Shown piece after piece: positions 55,248 to 64,000 of a stretch of 64,000 nucleotides of DNA; within the stretch, counting starts at the first letter, position 1, and each line of letters begins with the position of its first letter. Position numbers and translations under genes: made by a program. The notes under the pieces were generated by a model. The model searched no databases and was not told where the DNA came from. It worked only from the letters and a program-made list of their open reading frames with translations. The DNA comes from an uncultured delta proteobacterium (lineage in GTDB: Bacteria > Desulfobacterota > Binatia > JACPRU01): positions 72,623-136,622 of the forward strand of contig CAVQEA010000020.1 in assembly GCA_963711395.1 (NCBI GenBank), written 5' to 3'.

Positions 55248-58200
55248 GTGCGCACTGACGATCGCTCGCACGCTGTTCGCCGTCGCTCGCGTCCTGCTGA
55301 CGCTGGCCGGCGCCGCGCCGCCGGCGGCGCGTTCCGCGCCCCGGAGCTGACCGCCGCAGCAGCAGAAGGCCCTGCGCGACAACTTCGCGCTCTGCCTCGG
55401 CAAGCTGAAGGGCCCGTACACCGAGAACTTCTGCGTCTGCCCGGACGGCCAGAAGCTCCCGGTGCGCAGCGCCGACGGGCAGGTCGGCATCGGCTGCAAG
55501 GACCCGCTCTTCTGCGCCGCCTTCCGCGCGCCCTGGGCCGAGGCGCTGGCGCAGCGAGCGCATGTACATCGCCAACATCTTCTCGCGCGACCTCTACCTG
55601 TGGGACACGCTTCCCCGACCACAACGACCTCGTGCGCGGCTACATCCTCGAGAAGTACTTCATCGAGACCAACCCGAACCACAAGCTCGCGCAGCTGCGC
55701 GCCTTACGGCGGGCTCTCCGGCGCCGAGTACGAGACCGCCGCCGCGCCGCGCTTCTTCGAGCGCTACCTCGCCGCGCCCGAGTTCAACGACACCCGCGAC
55801 TTCCTGCTCGCCTACGAGCTGCAGCAGCGCTACTTCGTCCGCGACGACGTCGGCCAGATCCAGAAGGTCCGCACCCTCGCGGTGCGCATCCAGCAGGCCG
55901 ACCCCAACTTCAAGCCGCTGCGCGACGCGATCCACAACCAGCTCTCCGCCGGCCTGCTCCCGCCGCTCGCGGCCTATCGCGACAAGCTGCCGCCGGGCGC
56001 GACGCGCGACGCAGGTCGACGAGCTGATCGCCGAGATCGCGCAAGCTCACCGCGCTCGACGAGAGCGCGCTCGCGGCGCAGGTCGCGGCGATCGAGGACA
56101 CGGCGCTGCGCGACGCAGCTGCACCGCGCTGCTGCCCGGCCGCGAACGCCGACCCGGTCGACGCGATCGCCGCGCTCGGCGCAGCTCATGGCGCCGGCGC
56201 GCCAGCGCGTCGCCGCGCGCAAGGTGTCGCCCGCCGACGCCCGCCGCCTGATCGACCTCGACATCACCGCCGCGGCGGTCCTGCAGCAGCGCGGCAGCGC
56301 GCTGCTCGACAGCGGCACGGCGCTGACCGCGAAGCAGCACCTGCAGCTGCTCGCGCGCGCTCACCGACGCGGCCTACGGCGCCGGCCTGCTCGGCGGCGC
56401 GCGAGCGCGACGCGGCGCGCGCCGCTGCTCGACGCGCTGCTCGCCGACGCCCAACCCGACGCGCGCCGCGTTCACCGCCAAGCTGCAGCGAGGCCGAGCG
56501 CGTCGTCGAGTGGGCGCAGGGCAACGCCGACGCTCGCCTTCGCCGAGGTGTGCGGCGCCGTGGACGCTCCTGCTGCCGCAGACCGCCGGCATCCGCGACG
56601 ACATCCTGCGCGGCTCGCCGCTGCTGCTCTACGCCGCAGGTCGCGCGCCGGCTCGACGACTTCGCCGCCGGCGCGCAGCGCGTCCGCCACGACCTCTTCG
56701 GCGCCGCCGTCGACACCGACGTGCGCGCGCTCAATCCCGGCCTCGCCCTCGGCCGCCTGCGCGTCGCGCCGAAGGACGGCGGCTACACGCGCGACGAGAT
56801 CGTCGCGCTGCCCGAGACGCCCGCCGACCTCGATCCCGCCGCCGGCATCCTCACCCAGGGCGAGGGCAACGTGCTCTCGCACGTGCAGCTCCTGGCGCGC
56901 GCGCTCGGCATCCCCAACGTCGTCCTCGGCCCGAGCGCCTACGCGCGCGCTCACGCCGCACGACGGCCAGCAGGTCTTCTTCATCGTCACGCCGGGCGGC
57001 CGCGTCATCCTCAAGGAGGCGTCGGCGATGACGCCGAGGACCGCGCCGTCTACGACGAGTACACGCGCAACCAGACGCGCACCGCCGACGGCAGCCTCGG
57101 CGGCGGCGGGCCGCGGCTCCACATCGACCGCGCCAAGATCGACCTGAGCAAGACGCTGCCGATCGACCTCGACCGAGGTCCGGCGCAACGACTCGGGCCG
57201 CTTCTGCGGCCCCAAGGCCGCCTACCTCGGCGAGCTCAAGCACCTCTTCCCCGACCACGTCGCGCGCGGCATCGTCGTGCCGTTCGGCGCCTACTACGAC
57301 CACTACCAGCACGCCACGGTCGCCGTGCCCGACAAGCTGCGCGCGCCGGAATCGGCGACGCCGGGCGAGCCGCTGCCGGCCTTCGTCGAGCGCACCTACA
57401 AGCAGTTCTTCGACGAGCATGATCCCGGCCAAGACGAGCGAGCGGGAGCTCTCGGCGTGGATCACGCCGCGCCTCGAGATCATCCGCCACTCGATCCGCC
57501 AGGCGCCGCTGCCGCCGGAGCTGCAGGCAGGCGATCCGCGACGGGCTCGGCGGCGGACGGCCTGCTGACCGGCGCCGGACCAGACCGTCGGCTGCTTCGT
57601 GCGCAGCGACACCAACGTCGAGGACCTCGACAACTTCAACGGCGCCGGCCTCAACCTGACCGTCTTCAACCGCAAGTCGCTCGACGACATCTACAACGGG
57701 CTGAAGGAGGTGTGGGCGTCGCCGTTCGAGTTCCGCTCGTTCTCGTGGCGCCAGACGCTGATCGACGATCCGCTCTGGGTGCTGTCGTCGGTCGTCATCC
57801 TCGAGTCGGTGCCGTCGGAGAAGTCGGGCGTGCTGGTGACCGCCGACGCCAACACCGGCGACGCCGGGCAAGATGCTGGTCGCGACCTCGGAAGGCGTCG
57901 GCGGCGCGGTCGACGGCACGTCGGCCGAGACGCTGCTGTGGTCGCCGCAGGGCGTCGAGCTGGTCACGCTGTTCAAGTCGCCGTGGCGCAACCAGCTGCA
58001 GCCCGGCGGCGGCAGCGCCGATCGTGCCGTCGTCCGGCAGCGACACCGTGCTCGCGCCCGAGCGAGCTGCAGCAGATCATCGCCGCCGGCCAGAAGATCA
58101 CCGAGACGTTCACGCCGGTGCACGACCCGGCCGGCAAGCCGCGGCCGTGGGACATCGAGTTCGGCTTCGCGGACGGCAAGCTCTGGCTCTTCCAGTGCCG

Positions 58201-58314
58201 GCCGTTCCTCGGCAACGACGAGCTCAAGAACGTTCCGGCGCTCGCGGCGCTCGAGGGCCCGACCGGCGCGCACAGGGCAGCGACAAGCTGTCGCTCGAGG
58301 AGAAGATCGGATGA
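55248..58314 (+). pseudogene. Exported Cys-rich N-domain protein carrying a PEP-utilizer phosphohistidine swivel domain followed by a PPDK-N-type ATP-grasp domain (about 1020 aa if repaired); more than ten frame changes plus an in-frame TGA
   Basis: GGGAGGATCCG precedes the GTG at 55248. Pieces:
- RALTIARTLFAVARVLLTLAGAAPPAA.
- QQQKALRDNFALCLGKLKGPYTENFCVCPDGQKLPVRSADGQVGIGCKDPLFCAAF.
- FPDHNDLVRGYILEKYFIETNPNHKLAQL.
- GGLSGAEYETAAAPRFFERYLAAPEFNDTRDFLLAYELQQRYF.
- GILTQGEGNVLSHVQLLARALGIPNVVLG.
- GPKAAYLGELKHLFPDHVARGIVVPFGAYY.
- VRSDTNVEDLDNFNGAGLNLTVFN..EVWASPFEFRSFSWRQ..VVILESVPSEKSGVLVT.
- PWDIEFGFADGKLWLFQCRPF. Confidence 0.7.
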
Positions 58315-60017
58315 TGCGATCGAGCAGCTGCGACTGCACGCGTCGCCGACTCGGCTCGGCGCGTGCGCGCTCGTCGGCGCTCGCGCCTGCGCTGCTGCTC
58401 GGCGCCGCCTTCGCCGCGCTGCGAGGCGACCGACACGACCTGGGACGGCAGCGAGCCGCCGCCGGGCGTCTACTTCCACTGGTACGAGCCGTCCTTCTAC
58501 ACCGGCTTCGCGCCGCGCACGCAGGATCCCGACGCGCGCTCCACATCGAGCTGTCGCGCGGCAACCAGGTGCGCGTCACGCGTCGTGCTCGGCGACGCCG
58601 AGCTCGACGCCTACCTCGACGACCTGGCGCAGCGCCGCAAGATCTACCAGGAGCTGATCGACGCCAAGGTGATCGAGCTCACCACCAACCGCGAGTACGA
58701 GCGCTTCGTCGCAGCAGCTCGACCAGGCCGGCGTCGCCGCCGGCGATCGCCGCGGCGCGCGAGCGCGGGCCCCGACGCCTACCGGCAGCAAGAGCCTCGA
58801 GATCATGAGCGCGCTCAACCCCGAGCGCGTCTTTCGCATCCAGATGCCCGCTCGACCGCCTCGCTCGCCGACTGGCACGCGCGCTGCTCGCCGCCGCGCG
58901 ACCTGTCGCTCCGACGCCGGCCGGCTCGACGCCGCCAACGCGCTCCTGCCCGGCCGCATCAACCTCTACCAGCTGAGCCCGGAGCTCGACGCCGCGCTCG
59001 GCGCGGCGGCCGACGCCGGCGCGCGCCGGCAAGCCCGACGACGCCGGCGTTCCGCGAGCAGGCCGCGGCCTTCCTCGAGCAGGCGACCGGCGGCCACTAC
59101 CGCGTCGCGCGACGGCGCCGTCGAGGCGATCGAGTTCACCGCCATCTATCCGGCCGGCACGGTCGACGGCGACGACCACGTACAAGGGCGAGACAGCTGC
59201 CCGACTTCGGCGTCACCGGCGTCTGGCCGCTCATCCGCGCGCACGCAAGGGCCGCGGCCTCCTCGGCATGGTCGACTACCTCTCGCCGAATCCCGGCTAC
59301 GGCTTCATCACCATGCTGCCGTACCAGTACGCCGGCGGCATCGCCTACAACGCCTTCCACAACGCCGGCGTGCGCTGCGAGCTCAACGCGACGCCGTTCC
59401 TGCCGAGCGCGTGGCGCAAGGTCGCGGGCGAGCGCGACGGCAAGAAGCCGTACCAGAACCTCTGGATCGTCAGCCGCGGACCGACCTCGCACGGCTGCAC
59501 GCGGCTCGCCTCCGGCCACATGAGCGAGCTGCGCCAGATCGTGCCCGCCGAGCTCCGACGTGCTGGAGCGAGGTCGACGACGCTACCGCAACCTGCCGCA
59601 GTGCTACGACGTCTTCGACATCGACGGCGACGGCACGCCCGAGGTCATGGGCGTGCAGTACTACCTCGCCTACCGAGCAACGAGCACACGCCCGGTCGCC
59701 GCCTACGTCACCAACCAGCGCGAGCCGTTCTACCGCTGGCTCTACGGCGACAACATCGCGCTCGCCGCCGGTCGGGCAGGCGACGCATCAAGGACGTGCC
59801 CGATCTGCCGCTTCGTCGGCAAGAAGGCCGCAGGAGGCGCAGACGCTTCACGAACCTGCCGCTCTACGAGGCGACGTTCGACGCCCGGAGACCGATCCAG
59901 TTCTACACGCTCAAGCCCGTCGCCTTCGACAGCAACCCCGGCTTCGAGCTCAACCGCGAGCTGCGCAAGGTCGGCGCCGGCCACACGACCGATCGGGCGA
60001 AGCTCTTCCTGAAGTGA
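58311..60017 (+). pseudogene. Exported protein with YkuD-type L,D-transpeptidase catalytic motif (about 565 aa if repaired); many frame changes
   Basis: ATGA overlap with the upstream stop. Pieces:
- MMRSSSCDCTRRRLGSARARSSALAPALLLGAAFAAL.
- TTWDGSEPPPGVYFHWYEPSFYTGFAPRTQDPD.
- VVLGDAELDAYLDDLAQRRKIYQELIDAKVIELTTNREYERFV.
- MVDYLSPNPGYGFITMLPYQYAGGIAYNAFHNAGVRCE..NLWIVSRGPTSHGCTRLASGHMSELRQ (the H-x-SHGC-x-R motif).
- NLPLYEATFDARRPIQFYTLKPVAFDSNPGFELNRELRKVGAGH..LFLK*. Confidence 0.65.
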
Positions 60018-60120
60018 TCGAGGCGTACAAAAAGTCGTCACCACAGATCACCGGGGAACCCCCATTCCCAACGACCTTCTGCACTGGTGTCTCTGTGGAA
60101 GGTCTCTTGTCCGATCAGGG

Positions 60121-60573
60121 TTAGCTGGAAGACCTCTTCTCGGCTCGCTGCTCTTCGAGCTTTGTGAGGGAGTCGCGCATGTGGCGCGAGAGCGTCTGGC
60201 AGATGCCGATGGCGATCGCCGGCTGCTCGTCCATCAACTCGAAGAGGTCGTGGCGGTCGAGGCGCAGCAGGCGGATGCGGCGGGCGGCGGTGACGGTGGC
60301 GGAGCGGGTCTCGCCGTCGAACAGCGACATCTCGCCGAACAGGTCGCCGACGCCGGCGCCGATGGTGTACTGCCCGTCGCGGGTGATCTGCACCTCGCCC
60401 GACACGATCAGGTACATGCAGTCGCCGAAATCGCCCTCGCGGACGATGGCGCTGCCGGCCGCGAAGACCTCCTCGTGCACCACCGCGGCGAGCTCGCTCA
60501 GCTGGCGCGTGGTCAGGCGCGCGAACAGGTCGAGGCTGCGCAGGTGCAGTACGATCTCCACCGGGCTCAGCAT
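60121..60573 (-). CDS. Cyclic-nucleotide-binding (cNMP) domain ORF; probably the C-terminal domain of the upstream transporter-HEAT protein
   Basis: Intact 150 aa. LRSLDLFARLTTRQLSELAAVVHEEVFAAGSAIVREGDFGDCMYLIVSGEV..GDLFGEMSLFDGETRSATVTA. The same frame stays open upstream of the ATG (..ATLATAALAAPADLRDTAADHDDAAEPG-M). Confidence 0.85.
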   Translation of the reverse strand: MLSPVEIVLHLRSLDLFARLTTRQLSELAAVVHEEVFAAGSAIVREGDFGDCMYLIVSGEVQITRDGQYTIGAGVGDLFGEMSLFDGETRSATVTAARRIRLLRLDRHDLFELMDEQPAIAIGICQTLSRHMRDSLTKLEEQRAEKRSSS

Positions 60574-63377
60574 GCCGGGCTCCGCCGCGTCGTCATGGTC
60601 CGCAGCAGTATCCCGCAGATCGGCGGGCGCGGCCAGGGCTGCGGTGGCGAGCGTCGCGCGCGAGGAAGGATACGGTGAGCGGGTCGGGATCGGCCAGCGC
60701 TTCGCGCACCGCTTCGTCGAAGGAGGGTAGCGGGCGGCCGAGCGAGCGCGGCGATGCGCGCGCGTCGGCGTCGTCGAGCAGCGGGATCAGGCGCAGGCGC
60801 TTCCCCGAGCGGCAGCAACGCCTCGAGCGCCTCCAGCAGCACGGCGCGGCCGCGTCCCTGCGGCGAGCGTGCGAGCAGCCGGCCGAGCACCGCGAGGCGG
60901 TCGTCGTTGCGCAGCGTGGCGAGCAAGAGCAACGCGGTGTGGGCTCCCTCGTCGACGCGTTCGCGCAGGCGCTGCAGGACGATCTCGGCGAGATGGCCGC
61001 GGCGCAGGCCGTACAACTGTAGGCGCGTGCGCTGGATGCCCTCGACTTCGCGTTCGATCAGAGCGCGCAGGGTCGCGGCGTCGACGTGCAGGTCGCGCAG
61101 GATCGGCAGCACGGCTTGCCGCGCGGCGCGCTTGCCGCGATGCAGCGCGTCGAGCAGCGCGTTGGTGGCCGCCGGTCCGAGGGCACGCAGCGCCTGCGGC
61201 GGCGGCCCCCGCCTCGGCTTCGTCGTCCGACGCGAGGCGTTCGACCACCCAACCGACTGTTCGCTTCCAGATGCGCCGCGCCGACGAAGCGCAGGACGGC
61301 GGCGCGTACGCGCGGGTCGGGGTCGGCGGCGTGGGAGAGCAGCAGACGCGCCGTGCGCGGCGCCTTCGGGGCCGTGGCGCGCCGCGAGGTCGGCCTGGAT
61401 CTCGGCGGCGCGCGCACGGTCGCGCGGATCCTCGAGGCGGGCGGTGAGCAGGGCGAGGCGCGCAGGTCCAGCGGGCCGCGACCTCCTGCCCGCCGCGCGT
61501 GGGGCAGGCGCCGAGCAACGCGGCGCGCAGTTCGTCCATCGCCACGTGGCGCGTCGCCGTGTCGTCGCTGGCGAGCGCCGCGGCGAGGATGACGTCGAGG
61601 TCACCGTCGGCCGGGACGAGCGCGCCGGCGCGTTGCAGGCGCGCCGTGGCCGCGAGGCGCACCGCGTCGGCGGGGTCGGCGAGGCAGTCGCGTCAGGACC
61701 GTCGGCGGCGTGCGACCCGGGCCCGACCTGGGTCAGGCGGGCGTACGCTTCGACCACGGCGGCGCGCTCGGCGGGGCTGATCGTCGAGTGATGTGCCGAG
61801 CAGGGACTCCAACGCTCTGCGCCGCCGCCGGTGCCGCGCGCGGGGCGGCGCCGTCCCGATCGAGAACGCGGTGCAGCGTCTCCAGCAGCAGCGGCCGGCT
61901 GGCGGCCGGCGCGCGCACGGCGGCGCGCGCCAGGGCATCGATCGCGAGCGCGGCAGGGCCCGCCGCGACCAGCGCGCAGGCGGCGCGGACGCGATGCGGG
62001 TCGGGGTCGAGCAGCGACGCCGCCAGGACGCGCTGCGTGGCGGGGTCGAGCAGCTCGCGCAGCGGCAGCGAGTCCTCGCGCCAGGCGGCGCACGCTCATC
62101 ACCTCGAGCAGCAGGGTCGGGTAGATGCGCCAGAGCAGCAGCGCCGCCGACGACCCACAACCCGGCGATCGGCAGGCCGGCGACGCCGACCCAGGCGGGC
62201 GTGCCGAGCGCGATGACGGCGATGACGATCAGGTTGCCGAGCACGCCGCCGACGCGCTGCACCGGCCCGTCGATCAACGACGTCGCCGCCGGGCGCTGGC
62301 GCTCCGGAAACAGCGGTGACCAGGACCTTCTGCGCCGGGTCGTAGACGGCGTGGTCCTGCAGGTTGGCGCCGGCCATGGCACCGACCGCCGCCTCGAGAC
62401 CGAGACGCAGGCTGACGCTGAAGAAGCCGAGCAGGTAGATCAGCGGCGAGAGCGTCGACGCGAGCGGCACGCCGATGCGGCGGAAGAGGCGCGAGGTGCC
62501 GAGGAGCTGCAGGGCCAGCACGGCGACGTTGCAGCCAGCCGCGGAAGGCGGCATAGAGCCAGAGCAGGCGCAGCTCGCCATTGGCGCCCTGCGTCGCGAG
62601 GTCGGCGACGTAGGAGAACTGGAAGTACAGCATCGGACCGAGCGTCCCGCAGAGCAGCGCGCTGACGGCCAGGATGCGGAAGAGCCGGCTCTCGCGCCAC
62701 AGCGGGACGAGCAGGGCGAGCGCGCTCGGCGTGCTCCGGCGCGGCGCCGCGGCGCACGCGCGCCAGCGGTACCGGCGCCAGCGCGCCGGCCCGCAGGGCC
62801 AGCACGCCGGCGAGGCCGAGCGCCGCGGCGGCGAGCGGCAGGAGGGAGGCGATGCCGAACGTGTGACCGAGGTACCCGGAGGCGAAGCTGCCGACGATCT
62901 CGCCGAGCGTGCCGCCGGCGACGATCGGCGCGTACAGGCGCTTGGCCTGGCGCGCGTGCAGCAGGCCGCCGAGCGGCGACCCAGAAGACCAGCACCGCGA
63001 TCGACTCGACCTGCTTCGAGACCAGCACCAGCAGGACGAAGACGCTGCGCACGTCGGCCAGCGCCAGCAGCCAGAGCGGCACCAGCGCCGCCGCCAGCGC
63101 GAAGAAGATGCGCGCCAGCAGCGGCAGCTGCGCGCGCCGCGCCGCGATGCGGGCCACCGCCGACGTGGTCAGCGACCAGCAGCAGCGAGCTGACGAGGAA
63201 GACCACCGGCAGCAGGTTCACGCCGATGCGCTTCAGGAAGAACGTATCGGACGCGTTGACCAGCGCGACCGACCCGGCGTGGACGAGGAAGAACGTCGCC
63301 GCCGCCCACGCGAACACGCGCTCCTCGCCGGGCTCGATACCGACGGCGCGGGCGACACGGCTGATCGGCACTGGCAC
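60574..63377 (-). pseudogene. TLC/MFS-like multi-TM transporter domain followed by HEAT-like repeats, continuous with the cNMP ORF; many frame changes
   Basis: Candidate GTG start at 63377/63371.
Transporter pieces:
- PISRVARAVGIEPGEERVFAWAAATFFLVHAGSVALVNASDTFFLKRIGVNLLPVVFLVSSLLL.
- LPLLARIFFALAAALVPLWLLALADVRSVFVLLVLVSKQVESIAVLVFWV.
- LFRILAVSALLCGTLGPMLYFQFSYVADL.
- NVAVLALQLLGTSRLFRRIGVPLASTLSPLIYLLGFFSVSLRLGLEAAVGAMAGANLQDHAVYDPAQKVL.
- LIDGPVQRVGGVLGNLIVIAVIALG.
HEAT-like pieces: DPDPRVRAAVLRFVG, ALLDALHRGKRAARQAVLPILRDLH, AVLLEALEALLPLG, EAVREALADPDP. Confidence 0.6.
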
Positions 63378-63473
63378 GGGGCAGGTGTAGCACTGTCGGT
63401 TTGAGAGGGGTGAAGCGTGGTTGCGTCGGTCGCTGCGGGTCCTCAGGCGACGCGGCGCGGGCCTGCCCGGCTG

Positions 63474-64000
63474 CATCAGCGTGCCGGTACTCGCGCACGA
63501 TCACGATCGCGGCGGCGAGCCAGCAGCCCACCAGCGATCACGTTCACGAGCGCGAGGCTCCGCGTCGAGAGGTGCGAAGAGCTGCACGCCGACCAGGACG
63601 GTGAGCGCGGCCAGCCCGTCGCCGAGGCGGACGAACAGCGAGTCGATGGCGGGCTTGGCCTTGTACTTCATCTCGGTCGTGGTCGGCAGCCAGAGGACCT
63701 GACGGGCCGTGTTGTCGATCGAGTAGTTGGTCGCGTTCTCGGCGATCTTCATCACGCGCACGACGGCGAGCACCGGGAGCATCGCCATCGCCGAGTACGA
63801 GACGAGCGAGACGATCGGCAGCAGGAGCAGGACGGCGCCGAAGCCGCCCTAGCGCAGGAGGCGCGACGCGAGCAGCGCCTGCGCGACGAGCGCGCAGACG
63901 TTCACCCAGAAGAAGTAGTTGCCGTAGAACGCCGTCGTTCCCTCGCGGACGAACGCGCGGACGGCGCTCGCGTCGGTGATCCCGCGCGCCGCGACGTCGT
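63474..64000 (-). pseudogene. C-terminal part of a canonical TLC (Npt1/Npt2) ATP/ADP-type nucleotide transporter; N-terminus beyond the right edge; in-frame TAG plus at least two frameshifts
   Basis: TTAFYGNYFFWVNVCALVAQALLASRLLR-TAG-GGFGAVLLLLPIVSLVSYSAMAMLPVLAVVRVMKIAENATNYSIDNTARQVLWLPTTTEMKYKAKPAIDSLFVRLGDGLAALTVLVGVQLF. This is followed in other frames by STRSLALVNVIAGGLL / WLAAAIVIVREYR. The 3' boundary is approximate. Confidence 0.7.

Noticed and set aside
60567-63476. Long minus ORFs 60567..62102 (501 aa), 62099..63157 (352 aa) and 62274..63476 (400 aa) taken at face value
   Set aside because: Most of each translation is Arg/Ala/Pro junk. Only short stretches are protein-like, and these switch among the three frames. 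I therefore treated the region as one disrupted transporter-HEAT gene rather than three CDSs.
54094-64000. Calling the GC3-extreme block a genomic island, prophage or integrative element
   Set aside because: There is no integrase, transposase, tRNA attachment site, phage or conjugation genes, or long flanking direct repeats. Only a 10-nt tandem repeat sits at the left edge, and the right edge lies outside the window.

Overview
This is a 64-kb chromosomal window from a GC-rich diderm (Gram-negative-type) bacterium. I recognised no rRNA, tRNA, CRISPR array, integrase or transposase. About 55 protein-coding loci can be supported.

Gene content, left to right:
- 1-2.6 kb: an outer-membrane beta-barrel gene running off the left edge, then a split XdhC pair.
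- 2.6-10.4 kb: a type IV pilus / T2SS-like module. It holds a PilB/GspE ATPase fused to a double zinc ribbon and a receiver domain, a FimT-PilV-PilW-PilX minor-pilin operon, and a divergent Zn-ribbon/GspG-like gene.
- 10.4-22.7 kb: miscellaneous metabolism (LLM oxidoreductase, a B12 mutase pair, ltaE, a hot-dog hydratase, a NamZ-like gene, qor) and receiver domains.
- 22.9-25.2 kb: a hybrid histidine kinase behind a sigma-54-like promoter.
- 25.2-30.6 kb: an acyl-CoA-type cluster (amidohydrolase, DUF35, thiolase-like, tandem family III CoA-transferase).
- 31-38 kb: an SLT transglycosylase and tamA-tamB.
- 38-49.3 kb: comEA, a GT-C glycosyltransferase, gatCAB, MoxR-DUF58-TgpA-YraN and serS.
- 49.3-49.9 kb: an unexplained intergenic region. 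It has a perfect 29-bp inverted repeat and an orphan promoter-to-terminator unit carrying 16 nt of perfect complementarity to the 16S rRNA 3' end, directly upstream of a 14-codon ORF.
- 49.9-54 kb: a beta-propeller lipoprotein and a D-aminoacylase.
- 54.1-64 kb: a compositionally distinct block (third codon positions almost all G/C). It encodes a beta-lactamase-like hydrolase, an exported PEP-utilizer/ATP-grasp protein, a YkuD-like protein, and two TLC/MFS-type nucleotide-transporter genes. One of those transporters is fused to HEAT repeats and a cNMP-binding domain.

The most striking global feature is that reading-frame disruptions are not random.
- They are dense in the distal pilin genes, the mutase catalytic subunit, the CoA-transferase and the whole 54.1-64 kb block, which also has two in-frame stops.
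- Neighbouring genes of up to 4 kb are intact.
- From sequence alone I cannot tell whether this is true pseudogenisation or localised indel error.

All homology calls are from manual motif recognition. No database search was run.
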